This document shows, piece after piece, positions 24,723-32,692 of a DNA stretch of 33,880 nucleotides (positions are counted from its first letter, which is position 1; every line of letters begins with the position of its first letter). The DNA comes from an uncultured Ruminococcus sp. (GTDB lineage: Bacteria > Bacillota > Clostridia > Oscillospirales > CAG-272). Under the pieces are notes generated by a model that was not told the DNA's origin, did no database searches, and saw only the letters and a program-made list of their open reading frames with translations. The stretch is from contig CADBRS010000177.1 of assembly GCA_902797125.1 (NCBI GenBank), forward strand, positions 1 to 33,880. The letters run 5' to 3'. The position numbers were made by a program, and so were the translations under genes.

Positions 24723-27707
24723 TCACCCCTGTTCCTTCAATTTCCGGGAAGCTTCAACTGCACCGATCAAACTGCGCAACCGGATTCGGACAGCGCCCAA
24801 ATTCGTGATCTCATCAATTTTGATCTGCGTATAGTATTTTCCCTTTTCCTCAAGTATCGAGCGGACTTCATCCGTCGTGATCGCATCGACACCGCAACCG
24901 AAGGAAACCAGCTGTACCAACTGTACATCCTCGTTTTCGGTCGCATATTTGGCGGCCCGGTACAAACGGGTATGGTAGGTCCATTGATTCAGTACATGCA
25001 CTTCAACGGGTGGCGCAAGCTCTGCGACACTGTCCTCGCTTAAAACTGTAAAACCTAACGAGTTGGCCAATTTGTCTATCCCATGTCCGATTTCCGGATC
25101 GATATGATAAGGTCGACCTGCCAAAATCATGATCGGGCGGCCCTTCTCTCTGGATTCCGCAATAGCCTTGCTGCCCGTTCTGCGAATGTCCTCCATCCAA
25201 TTCCGATAGAATTCCAAACCGCTGTGAACAGCCTTGTTTACCTCAGATCTGGACACATCAATGCCTTCTTTGATAATGAAATCAAAGAACTGCTTCTGCA
25301 TCATTTTTTCATTGTTCAAATTGAAATACGGATACCAGAACCGTACGTTTTTGAGCGATTCCATGTTCCCTGCCAGCAACTCGGAATAGTATGCCACGAC
25401 AGGACAATTGTAGTAATTATCCCCCGCTTTCTCATTGACATTGTATGTCAATCCGGGGTAGAAAATCGTGTCGACACCTTTTTCGATCAAGTCTTCGACG
25501 TGCCCATGCATGATCTTGGCAGGATAACAGGCCGTATCAGATGGAATGCTGTATTGACCCTTGGAATAGATCTCTCTTGATGAATGGCCCGAATAAACTA
25601 CGCGGAAACCCAATTCGGTAAACAGCTTGTGCCACAAAGGTGCCAGTTCATACATGCCGAGAGCCATCGGAAATCCGACCGTCCCTCTTCTCCCCTCGCC
25701 GCAATCCGTTTTCAGGGCCTCGATCTTTTCCCTCTTGTATTCATACAGATTGGGCAGTATCTCATAGGACCCGGGAGCCATTCCGGCTCCTTTTTCGCAG
25801 CGGTTCCCGGAAATATACTTTTCATTGCCGTTGAACATATTGATGGTCAACTGGCAGCGATTGGAGCATCCGTGGCAAGTCGCAGATTTGGACATGTGCG
25901 TCAGATCTTCAACCTCTTGCCGGCTCAAAAGCTGTGATGATTCTTTTCTCTGATCCTTTGCGTACAATGCAGCGCCGAAAGCACCCATCAAACCGGCGAT
26001 TTGCGGGCGGACTACCTCTTGCCCGATCTCTTTTTCAAAGCTGCGAAGAACCGTATCGTTCAAGAAAGTTCCGCCTTGAACGACGACATGAGTTCCGAGT
26101 TCTTGAGGAGAATGCGCCCGAATGACTTTATAGATGGCGTTCTTGACCACGCTCATGGAAAGGCCCGCAACGATGTCGCTGACTTCCGCTCCGTCCTTCT
26201 GCGCCTGTTTGACCGAAGAATTCATGAACACGGTACACCTGGTTCCCAACTGTACCGGTGCTTTAGCAAATAATCCGAGTTTTGCAAAAGAGGCAGCGTC
26301 GTAGCCCATCGACTTGGCAAAAGTTTCAATGAACGAACCGCAGCCTGATGAGCAAGCTTCGTTCAACATGATGGAGTCGATCGCCCCGTTTTTGATTTTA
26401 AAGCATTTGATATCCTGACCGCCGATGTCCAGGATGAAATCGACGTCCGGATTGAAATAATGCGCTGCTGTGAAGTGAGCCAGTGTTTCCACCACTCCGT
26501 TGTCGACATGAAAAGCATGTTTGATCAGTTCTTCCCCGTAACCGGTCACCGAACTGCCTACAATACGGATATGGTCGCCCATGATCTGATAGACTTCCAA
26601 AAGGCACTTTCTGATCACTTCCACGGGATTGCCCTGATTGGAGGAATAGTACGAATAGAGAATCTGGTTCTGGTCTCCGATCAGAACCATCTTGGTCGTC
26701 GTGCTCCCGCAGTCGATACCCAGATAGGCATCCCCCGAATACAGGGCGGGATCCGCCATGGGCACATCGGCTTTCGCATGTCTTTCCAGAAAGGCCTGGT
26801 AGTCGGCCTCGTCACGGAACAGGGGCTCGTTGTGAGCCGTTTCGGTCTTGACGCCTAAACTTCTCTCCAGCGCCTCTGTCAGCGTGTCATATGTGAATTC
26901 TTTTTTGTCTCTGTATGCAAATAAAGCGGCTCCCAAGGCAACCGAAAAACGTCCGTATTCCGGGAATATCGCTGTTTCGTCAGTCAGTTTCAAAACGTCG
27001 ACAAAAGCTTTGCGAAGCCCCTTGCAGAAGTAAAGCGGTCCACCCAGAAACATGATCTTTCCACTGAATCTTCTGCCCTGTGCCAGCCCTGCGATCGTCT
27101 GATTGACCACAGCATAATAGATACTGGCCGCCACATTTTCTTTTTTTGCTCCTTGATTCAGCAACGGCTGAACGTCTGTTTTGGCGAACACGCCGCACCG
27201 GGATGCGATCGGATAGATCCGGTCGGCTTTGAGGGCCAGCTCATCCATCTCCTCGTTGGTCACGTTCAGAAGTGTGGCCATCTGATCGATAAAGGCACCT
27301 GTGCCTCCGGCGCAGGTCCCGTTCATCCGTTCATCCATGCCGCCTTCGAAGAAAATGACTTTGGCATCCTCTCCGCCCAGTTCAATAACAGCTCCTGTAT
27401 CAGGCTGTAATTCCCTCACAACTTCGCCTGTCGCAAAAACTTCCTGAACGAAAGGCAAGCCGGCCGCTTTCGCCATGCCCAATCCTGCAGAACCGGACAC
27501 AGACACGCCAAAAGGCGTTTCGCCGAGATAGCTTTTGGCCTCCCGGATCATTTCAAGCGTTTTGATCCGAACCTGAGAAAAATGACGTTCATATTTTGAA
27601 TATACAGTCTTCCCGTCCTGGATAATGACGATTTTGGCTGTAGTCGATCCGATATCTATTCCGATGTAGGTCCCTGTTCCGGTGTTCACTGTCCACTGAT
27701 TATCCAA
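24723..27707 (-). CDS. Fusion protein, 994 aa: two tandem HgdC/BcrAD/BadFG-type ATPase (activase) modules plus a C-terminal Cys-containing DUF2229-like domain
   Basis: Two ASKHA phosphate-1 motifs are present (IGIDIGSTTAK at aa 15-25 and LGIDCGSTTTK at aa 329-339). Each module has two Cys in the positions activases use for the bridging [4Fe-4S] cluster (C132 NGTCAGGTG and C171 ASRCGVF; C452 NEACSSGCG and C491 GTRCTVF). A further motif C611-x2-C614-x3-C618-x18-C637 follows. The start is TTG 27705-27707, with AAGGAGG 10 nt upstream. Confidence 0.8.
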   Translation of the reverse strand: MDNQWTVNTGTGTYIGIDIGSTTAKIVIIQDGKTVYSKYERHFSQVRIKTLEMIREAKSYLGETPFGVSVSGSAGLGMAKAAGLPFVQEVFATGEVVRELQPDTGAVIELGGEDAKVIFFEGGMDERMNGTCAGGTGAFIDQMATLLNVTNEEMDELALKADRIYPIASRCGVFAKTDVQPLLNQGAKKENVAASIYYAVVNQTIAGLAQGRRFSGKIMFLGGPLYFCKGLRKAFVDVLKLTDETAIFPEYGRFSVALGAALFAYRDKKEFTYDTLTEALERSLGVKTETAHNEPLFRDEADYQAFLERHAKADVPMADPALYSGDAYLGIDCGSTTTKMVLIGDQNQILYSYYSSNQGNPVEVIRKCLLEVYQIMGDHIRIVGSSVTGYGEELIKHAFHVDNGVVETLAHFTAAHYFNPDVDFILDIGGQDIKCFKIKNGAIDSIMLNEACSSGCGSFIETFAKSMGYDAASFAKLGLFAKAPVQLGTRCTVFMNSSVKQAQKDGAEVSDIVAGLSMSVVKNAIYKVIRAHSPQELGTHVVVQGGTFLNDTVLRSFEKEIGQEVVRPQIAGLMGAFGAALYAKDQRKESSQLLSRQEVEDLTHMSKSATCHGCSNRCQLTINMFNGNEKYISGNRCEKGAGMAPGSYEILPNLYEYKREKIEALKTDCGEGRRGTVGFPMALGMYELAPLWHKLFTELGFRVVYSGHSSREIYSKGQYSIPSDTACYPAKIMHGHVEDLIEKGVDTIFYPGLTYNVNEKAGDNYYNCPVVAYYSELLAGNMESLKNVRFWYPYFNLNNEKMMQKQFFDFIIKEGIDVSRSEVNKAVHSGLEFYRNWMEDIRRTGSKAIAESREKGRPIMILAGRPYHIDPEIGHGIDKLANSLGFTVLSEDSVAELAPPVEVHVLNQWTYHTRLYRAAKYATENEDVQLVQLVSFGCGVDAITTDEVRSILEEKGKYYTQIKIDEITNLGAVRIRLRSLIGAVEASRKLKEQG

Positions 27708-27830
27708 AACTCAGGCACCTCCTTAACTGTTCTTTGCTCCTGTTTATCACAAAAAGATGAACAATCTGTGACAAAACAGAAAATCACGCCCGGGGTCGGT
27801 TTCTCCCCCGACATTAACATGACTGAAACG

Positions 27831-30035
27831 CTATGGCTCTTCGAGTAAAGCCAATTCCAGCCGATTGTCGCCACCGTGCAATGGTGTTACCGTCCCCTGG
27901 AATCTGAACTCTGCATGGGCACTTTGGGGGACTTTGATATGTGCGATTAACTTGCCCGGTTCGATCCGCCACGAAACCACGATCGGTCCTTCAGGAGTCA
28001 CGATGGAACCCGAAGCACTGTCCAGCTTTTTCGGGATCTTTGGCTCGATATAAACTGACTGATAGCCACAGCTTCCGGGGTTTTGACGGATGCCGAGGAT
28101 ATGCCTGAACAGCGAGCGGACACATGCTCCGAATGCAGGATGGCAGTGGGAGCCTCTGCCGTCGAAATACTCCCACAGAGTGCTGGCTTTCTGATCTTTC
28201 AAGTAGAGGAATGTACCTTTTTCCCGATTGGAAAGAATCTTGTAAGCCACATCGGCATACCCGTTCTGGAAAAGGACATCGATCAGTTTGTCCGTACCGA
28301 AAAATCCCGAGTCGAAAACGGGGTGCTCGTCATAATATTCTGCGAGATTGCTCAGGGTTCGCGGATCCTCGTTCAAAAGAATATCCAAAGCAAACGCGTT
28401 TGCTGCTTTCCGACCTCCGCAATAATTGCCGGTTTCTCTCTCATAAAATGTACGATGAACGGCTTTCCGAATCCGCTCAGCCTGCGCCTGGATCTTCTTG
28501 GCCTCCCGCGCATCGCCCAGAACCTCAGCCATTCCCGAAAGATGAGTCAGCTGATGAACAAAAGCGCAGGAATTCACAAACGGTTCCGGCAGTTCCGGAC
28601 CTTGCATGGAAGCCCAGTCACCCAGACACCAGCCTTTTTCTTCTTCCCTGACGATCAGATCGTTATCTGTTCTGGTCAGCATATAATCCCGCCATTTCAG
28701 CATGGCCGGATAAGCGCGCTGCAAAACGTCGAGTTCCCCGTATTGCCGCCAGTAACGGTACGTGACTTCGACAATGGCTCCGCCCCACTCGGCAGGACCT
28801 CCGCCTCCGCCCATAAAAGGAGCGGTATGGGTCACGTGCCCGGTTTTCTTGTCCTGACAGTCCAGAATATCCTGGAGCCATTTTTTGTAAAACGATTTAC
28901 TGTTTAAAAGCAGCATGGCGGCCTCGGCGGTCACCTGCCCGTCTCCGGTATAACCCAATCTTTCCCTGTGGGGGCAGTCCGAAGGAACCCCGCAGTGCAT
29001 GTTTGTCAATTGGGTCGCCATGTAGGTCGAATACAGATAATACAATCCCTCGCTGGGACTGTGGAAGGTGGAAAGACGCTCGATATTGGAATGGACTTCG
29101 CTGATCACGATCTCGCAATTTTTGCCCTCTACCGAGAAAAACCGAAAAGCGTGCCACACAAACCGGGGCACGAAAACCGTGGTCGTTCCATCGCAAATGA
29201 AGACGTCTTCCTGGATCTGCGGTCTTCCGGAACCGCAAACATGATGACTTCCGGTCGATTCGAAGTTGATGGACCCGTCTTCATTGAGCAGTTCGCCATA
29301 CTGTATCTTGATCACGGAACCTGCAGGACCCGAGGCATGGACGACCGGAATGCCGCTCATGACTTCCTTGGCATCATATACGATCCTGTCGTCCAGCACG
29401 GCGGCCACGTCCGGCATGACCGTCCGGATCACTTTGTCCGTCGGACATGTCTGAAGCGTCAACTCGCCTTGTGGTCCGTCGACCAGTTCAACAGATTTCA
29501 TCACATGCTGTTTATTTGCAAGTCTCGCGTCATGGATCTCTCCGATGAACAGCTGGCTATAGATGATATGGCTCAAATAGTAGGATTCTGTCCCGTCGCT
29601 CATGACGGTCTGCTTTCCGTTCTCGGTCAAAATCTCCGCGCAGAAACGGGCCAGAAGCCTGTCTCCGTAGTCCATTTTCCCCTCTACGACCCGTTCCGTC
29701 TGACGATACCATCCGTTTCCCAGCATGATCTCGAATTTGTTTTCGCCTGAAGAAAGCAGGTGTCCGATCTCATACGACAGATAGTACACGCGATAGGTCG
29801 GATTGGGACTTAAAGGATACAACAGCCCGGAATAATCTCTCGGTGAGTAATCAGACTGACACGGGACCAGCAAATCATCAGAGACCCGCTTGCCGTTGAT
29901 ATAGAGTTGGAAGAAACCTAATCCTGTGATCTCAATGGTCGCGCTCTGAGGTTTCTTTTCCAGTGTAAATTTTTTAACGATAACCGGAAGCGCCGGTTCA
30001 GTTCCGCACGCGATCCAACTGGCTTTTTCAATCAT
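27831..30035 (-). CDS. Alpha-L-rhamnosidase-like glycoside hydrolase (GH78), 734 aa, no signal peptide
   Basis: The N-terminal domain pattern is ASWIAC...KKFTLEKKPQSATIEITGLGFFQLYINGKRVSDDLLVP...GENKFEIMLGNGWY. The catalytic-domain signature is VPSDCPHRERLGYTGDGQV. The ATG (30033-30035) overlaps the murC TGA (30032-30034). Confidence 0.8.
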   Translation of the reverse strand: MIEKASWIACGTEPALPVIVKKFTLEKKPQSATIEITGLGFFQLYINGKRVSDDLLVPCQSDYSPRDYSGLLYPLSPNPTYRVYYLSYEIGHLLSSGENKFEIMLGNGWYRQTERVVEGKMDYGDRLLARFCAEILTENGKQTVMSDGTESYYLSHIIYSQLFIGEIHDARLANKQHVMKSVELVDGPQGELTLQTCPTDKVIRTVMPDVAAVLDDRIVYDAKEVMSGIPVVHASGPAGSVIKIQYGELLNEDGSINFESTGSHHVCGSGRPQIQEDVFICDGTTTVFVPRFVWHAFRFFSVEGKNCEIVISEVHSNIERLSTFHSPSEGLYYLYSTYMATQLTNMHCGVPSDCPHRERLGYTGDGQVTAEAAMLLLNSKSFYKKWLQDILDCQDKKTGHVTHTAPFMGGGGGPAEWGGAIVEVTYRYWRQYGELDVLQRAYPAMLKWRDYMLTRTDNDLIVREEEKGWCLGDWASMQGPELPEPFVNSCAFVHQLTHLSGMAEVLGDAREAKKIQAQAERIRKAVHRTFYERETGNYCGGRKAANAFALDILLNEDPRTLSNLAEYYDEHPVFDSGFFGTDKLIDVLFQNGYADVAYKILSNREKGTFLYLKDQKASTLWEYFDGRGSHCHPAFGACVRSLFRHILGIRQNPGSCGYQSVYIEPKIPKKLDSASGSIVTPEGPIVVSWRIEPGKLIAHIKVPQSAHAEFRFQGTVTPLHGGDNRLELALLEEP

Positions 30036-31465
30036 TTTCTATCCTCTTCTGGTCTATCGGTCAGTGGCAAAATGTCAAAAATCTGCTCGATGCTTCCCGC
30101 ACCCATGATCACCAATGCGTCGCCCGGTCTCAAAACTTTCCGAACTTCTTCGGCGATTTTTTCCCTGCTTCCCAGATAGTGACCTTTTTCGCCCAAACGG
30201 CGAGCGAGCACCTTTGAATCCACCCCGAACGTATTCTTTTCCCGTGCGGCATAAACGTCATCCAGGAAGACTTCATCTGCAACATTCAAAGCCTTGACGA
30301 ATCGGTCAAGCAACTGCGCCAGCCTGCTGTACGTATGGGGCTGGAAAACACAGATGATCCGCTGAAAGCCCAAATGCGTCATGCCATTCAGCGTTGCTTC
30401 GACTTCCGTCGGATGGTGGCCGTAGTCGTCATATACGGGGATCCCGTCCAGCTTGCCTCTGAACTGCATCCTCCTCTCGGCCCCGGTAAATTCACTCAAG
30501 GCAGTCAACACATCCCGGCTGTCCAGACCTTTCAGATCCGCAACCGCGATCGCGGCAAGTGCATTATAAATATTGTGGTATCCCGGTATGCGCAATGTCA
30601 GATGGCCGTAGGGAGTCTCACCTTTCAGCACATCAAAATCCGGAAAACCGTTTCTGTACGAAATATGTCTGGCTCTGTACTGTGCCGGATTTTCAATTCC
30701 GTATGTGATGATATGACCGTCAAAACCTTCGAGAGAACGCATCGTTTCTTTATCATCGCCGTTGACGACAGCTTCGCCGCTCCCGCCAAACAGCTTCGTT
30801 CTTTCGGTAAAGTTTCTGAAAGAAGTCCGGACTTGCTCCATCGTTTTGAAGTAATCGACATGCTCATATTCTTCATTCAATACGACTGCCAGGCTGGGAG
30901 AAAAATCCAAAAACGAATCCATATATTCACATGCTTCGAAAAGGAAAAAATCCCTGTTCTGTCCGATCCGATAGGCCCCGGACATATGCTTCAGGATCGC
31001 GCCGGACAGAATCGTCGGGTCCTTTTGTGCCTGAATAAAGATTTGGGCCAACATGGATGTGCACGTGCTTTTCCCGTGCGTTCCGGAAACGCCGATCCTG
31101 TTTTTGTAATCACACATGATGTATCCGAGATAGTCCGCTCTTGAAAACATCGGCAACCCTCTGCGCATGGCCTCCCTGTATTCCGGATTATCTTCGGAGA
31201 TGGCCACCGTATAGACGACGGCACCGTACGAATTCAGATGAGACGCTTCATGTCCTATAAATATTTCAATGCCCTCTTTGCGCAACTCCTGATTCATCGC
31301 GCTGTCTGTGTGATCTGAACCGCCCACGCGGAATCCACGATGCGCTGACAAGCGGGCAAGCGAAGACATGCTGATGCCGCCGATACCGATAAAAAACAGC
31401 GAATCGACGTTTTTCAGCATCGCTTGGATCTGATCTCTTCCGTAGTGCGTATTGGGAGTTGCCAT
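30032..31465 (-). CDS. murC: UDP-N-acetylmuramate--L-alanine ligase
   Basis: The 477-aa translation has FFIGIGGISMSSLARL (Rossmann N-domain) and GVSGTHGKSTCTSM (Mur ligase P-loop). The C-terminal domain contains YDDYGHHPTEV. A GAGGA SD is present. Confidence 0.93.
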   Translation of the reverse strand: MATPNTHYGRDQIQAMLKNVDSLFFIGIGGISMSSLARLSAHRGFRVGGSDHTDSAMNQELRKEGIEIFIGHEASHLNSYGAVVYTVAISEDNPEYREAMRRGLPMFSRADYLGYIMCDYKNRIGVSGTHGKSTCTSMLAQIFIQAQKDPTILSGAILKHMSGAYRIGQNRDFFLFEACEYMDSFLDFSPSLAVVLNEEYEHVDYFKTMEQVRTSFRNFTERTKLFGGSGEAVVNGDDKETMRSLEGFDGHIITYGIENPAQYRARHISYRNGFPDFDVLKGETPYGHLTLRIPGYHNIYNALAAIAVADLKGLDSRDVLTALSEFTGAERRMQFRGKLDGIPVYDDYGHHPTEVEATLNGMTHLGFQRIICVFQPHTYSRLAQLLDRFVKALNVADEVFLDDVYAAREKNTFGVDSKVLARRLGEKGHYLGSREKIAEEVRKVLRPGDALVIMGAGSIEQIFDILPLTDRPEEDRK

Positions 31466-31608
31466 GACATTATCCTCTATTGATTCTTCGAAGAAAAATT
31501 ATGCATATTTAGGCATAATTATTCGTTTTGTTCACAAAAAAGTTACACTTTGTTTTTTTCGTTTTAACAATTATAGTGTAAAATCCTCACGTTACCGGAG
31601 GTACAGAT

Positions 31609-31950
31609 ATGCAGATCACAGACCTTAGAATCCGAAAATTGTTTGAAGAAAGCCCTATGAAAGCTATTATCTCCGCGACATTTGACAATCAACTGGTCGT
31701 TCACGATATCAAAGTGATTTGCGCCCGTGAAAGATATTTCGTCGTGATGCCCAGCAAAAGAGTCGGTGATGATGGTTACCGCGATGTAGCGCATCCTATC
31801 ACTTATGATTTTCGGAAATATGTTGAAATAACCATCATGGCTGCATACTGGCAGGCCGTTGAAGCAGCCAAAAACGATCCGGATCTGTATTCTCAACTCT
31901 ACGAGGGTTCAAAGGCCGAAACTGACGGCGCCGCCAACCCCGATCCGTAA
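31609..31950 (+). CDS. spoVG: SpoVG family protein (septation / nucleic-acid-binding regulator)
   Basis: MQITDLRIRKLFEESPMKAIISATFDNQLVVHDIKVICARERYFVVMPSKRVGDDGYRDVAHPI matches the conserved SpoVG core (..TDVR......MKA.ASIT.D..FVVHDI.VI.......F.AMPSKR...G.FRD.AHPI). A GGAGG SD lies 8 nt upstream. Confidence 0.9.
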   Translation: MQITDLRIRKLFEESPMKAIISATFDNQLVVHDIKVICARERYFVVMPSKRVGDDGYRDVAHPITYDFRKYVEITIMAAYWQAVEAAKNDPDLYSQLYEGSKAETDGAANPDP

Positions 31951-31977
31951 GATCTGCCGACAAATGTAAATTACCGT

Positions 31978-32015
31978 GCCGAATCTGTTCTGTGATGAAG
32001 GATTCGGCTTTTTTT
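31978..32015 (+). terminator. Rho-independent terminator after spoVG
   Basis: 8-bp stem GCCGAATC (31978-31985) / GATTCGGC (32001-32008) followed by TTTTTTT (32009-32015). Confidence 0.85.
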
Positions 32016-32067
32016 ACCTGTCAGATCAGGATTGTCTTCCCAAAAAGCACGGATGTGAAAAGTTATC

Positions 32068-32096
32068 TTTACCGTCGGTAGGATTTTTGTTATAAT
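32068..32096 (+). promoter_or_regulatory. Orphan promoter-like element TTTACC - 17 nt - TGTTATAAT, pointing antisense into the 3' end of the phosphoesterase gene
   Basis: A perfect TATAAT lies at 32091-32096 with TG at 32088-32089, and a -35-like TTTACC at 32068-32073. No plausible plus-strand gene lies downstream. Confidence 0.25.
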
Positions 32097-32100
32097 AGAT

Positions 32101-32607
32101 TTAAAATATGTCTGTAAGCTGTCCCAGACCGATCAGAGCCTGCCCGTTTTGCAGCGTCAGCGTAGCAAATTCTCCATTGTCTTTGAGACTCCCGGGATTG
32201 CATAGCTGAATGGCTTCGCCGTCCGGATTCTCCCAATGCGTTTCCTGAATATGCGTGTGCCCGTAAAGAATCACATTCGCTTTGGCGCGGGAGCCCGCTT
32301 TCAGTAATGAATCGGTCCCGGATTTGACCGAATACGTGTGACCGTGCGCCGAAAAAACTCTGACGCCTTCAAAGGTGTATGTGTCGGAAATCGGAACGAG
32401 TTGACCGTTCGGCAACGACCCTGTCCAGTCGCAGTTGCCCCGGACCGCAAAAATCGGCACAGAAGGCTTCTCTTCCGAAAAAGCCCACAGGTCACGCAAC
32501 CCGTCTCCGAGGAAAATGATTCCGTCAGGAACTGAGACCTGGATATTCCACGCCCGCTTGATCAAATTGGGCGTTCCGTGTGAATCAGACAAAACCAGAA
32601 AAAACAT
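32101..32607 (-). CDS. YfcE/MJ0936-family metallophosphoesterase, 168 aa
   Basis: ORF 32101..32739 trimmed to ATG 32605-32607 (MFFLVLSDSHG...), with GGTGAGG upstream. It has the calcineurin-like motifs DSHG, GD, RGNCD, AHGH and YGHTH. Confidence 0.85.
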   Translation of the reverse strand: MFFLVLSDSHGTPNLIKRAWNIQVSVPDGIIFLGDGLRDLWAFSEEKPSVPIFAVRGNCDWTGSLPNGQLVPISDTYTFEGVRVFSAHGHTYSVKSGTDSLLKAGSRAKANVILYGHTHIQETHWENPDGEAIQLCNPGSLKDNGEFATLTLQNGQALIGLGQLTDIF

Positions 32608-32624
32608 AAAAACCTCACCCATCA

Positions 32625-32653
32625 AGTATATCATATTTCTTTTATGATGTAAA
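32625..32653 (-). promoter_or_regulatory. Candidate sigma-A promoter for the phosphoesterase gene: TTTACA - 17 nt - TATACT
   Basis: On the minus strand the -35 TTTACA is at 32648-32653 and the -10 TATACT at 32625-32630, about 18 nt upstream of ATG 32607 (a very short leader). Confidence 0.45.
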
Positions 32654-32692
32654 TAAAGCGATAAACAAAGCGACACAAAAACAGGAAAGAAA

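Noticed and set aside
31564-31896. A 110-aa ORF antisense to spoVG.
   Set aside because: The plus-strand frame matches the conserved SpoVG core and has a GGAGG SD and a terminator. The antisense ORF has no supporting features.
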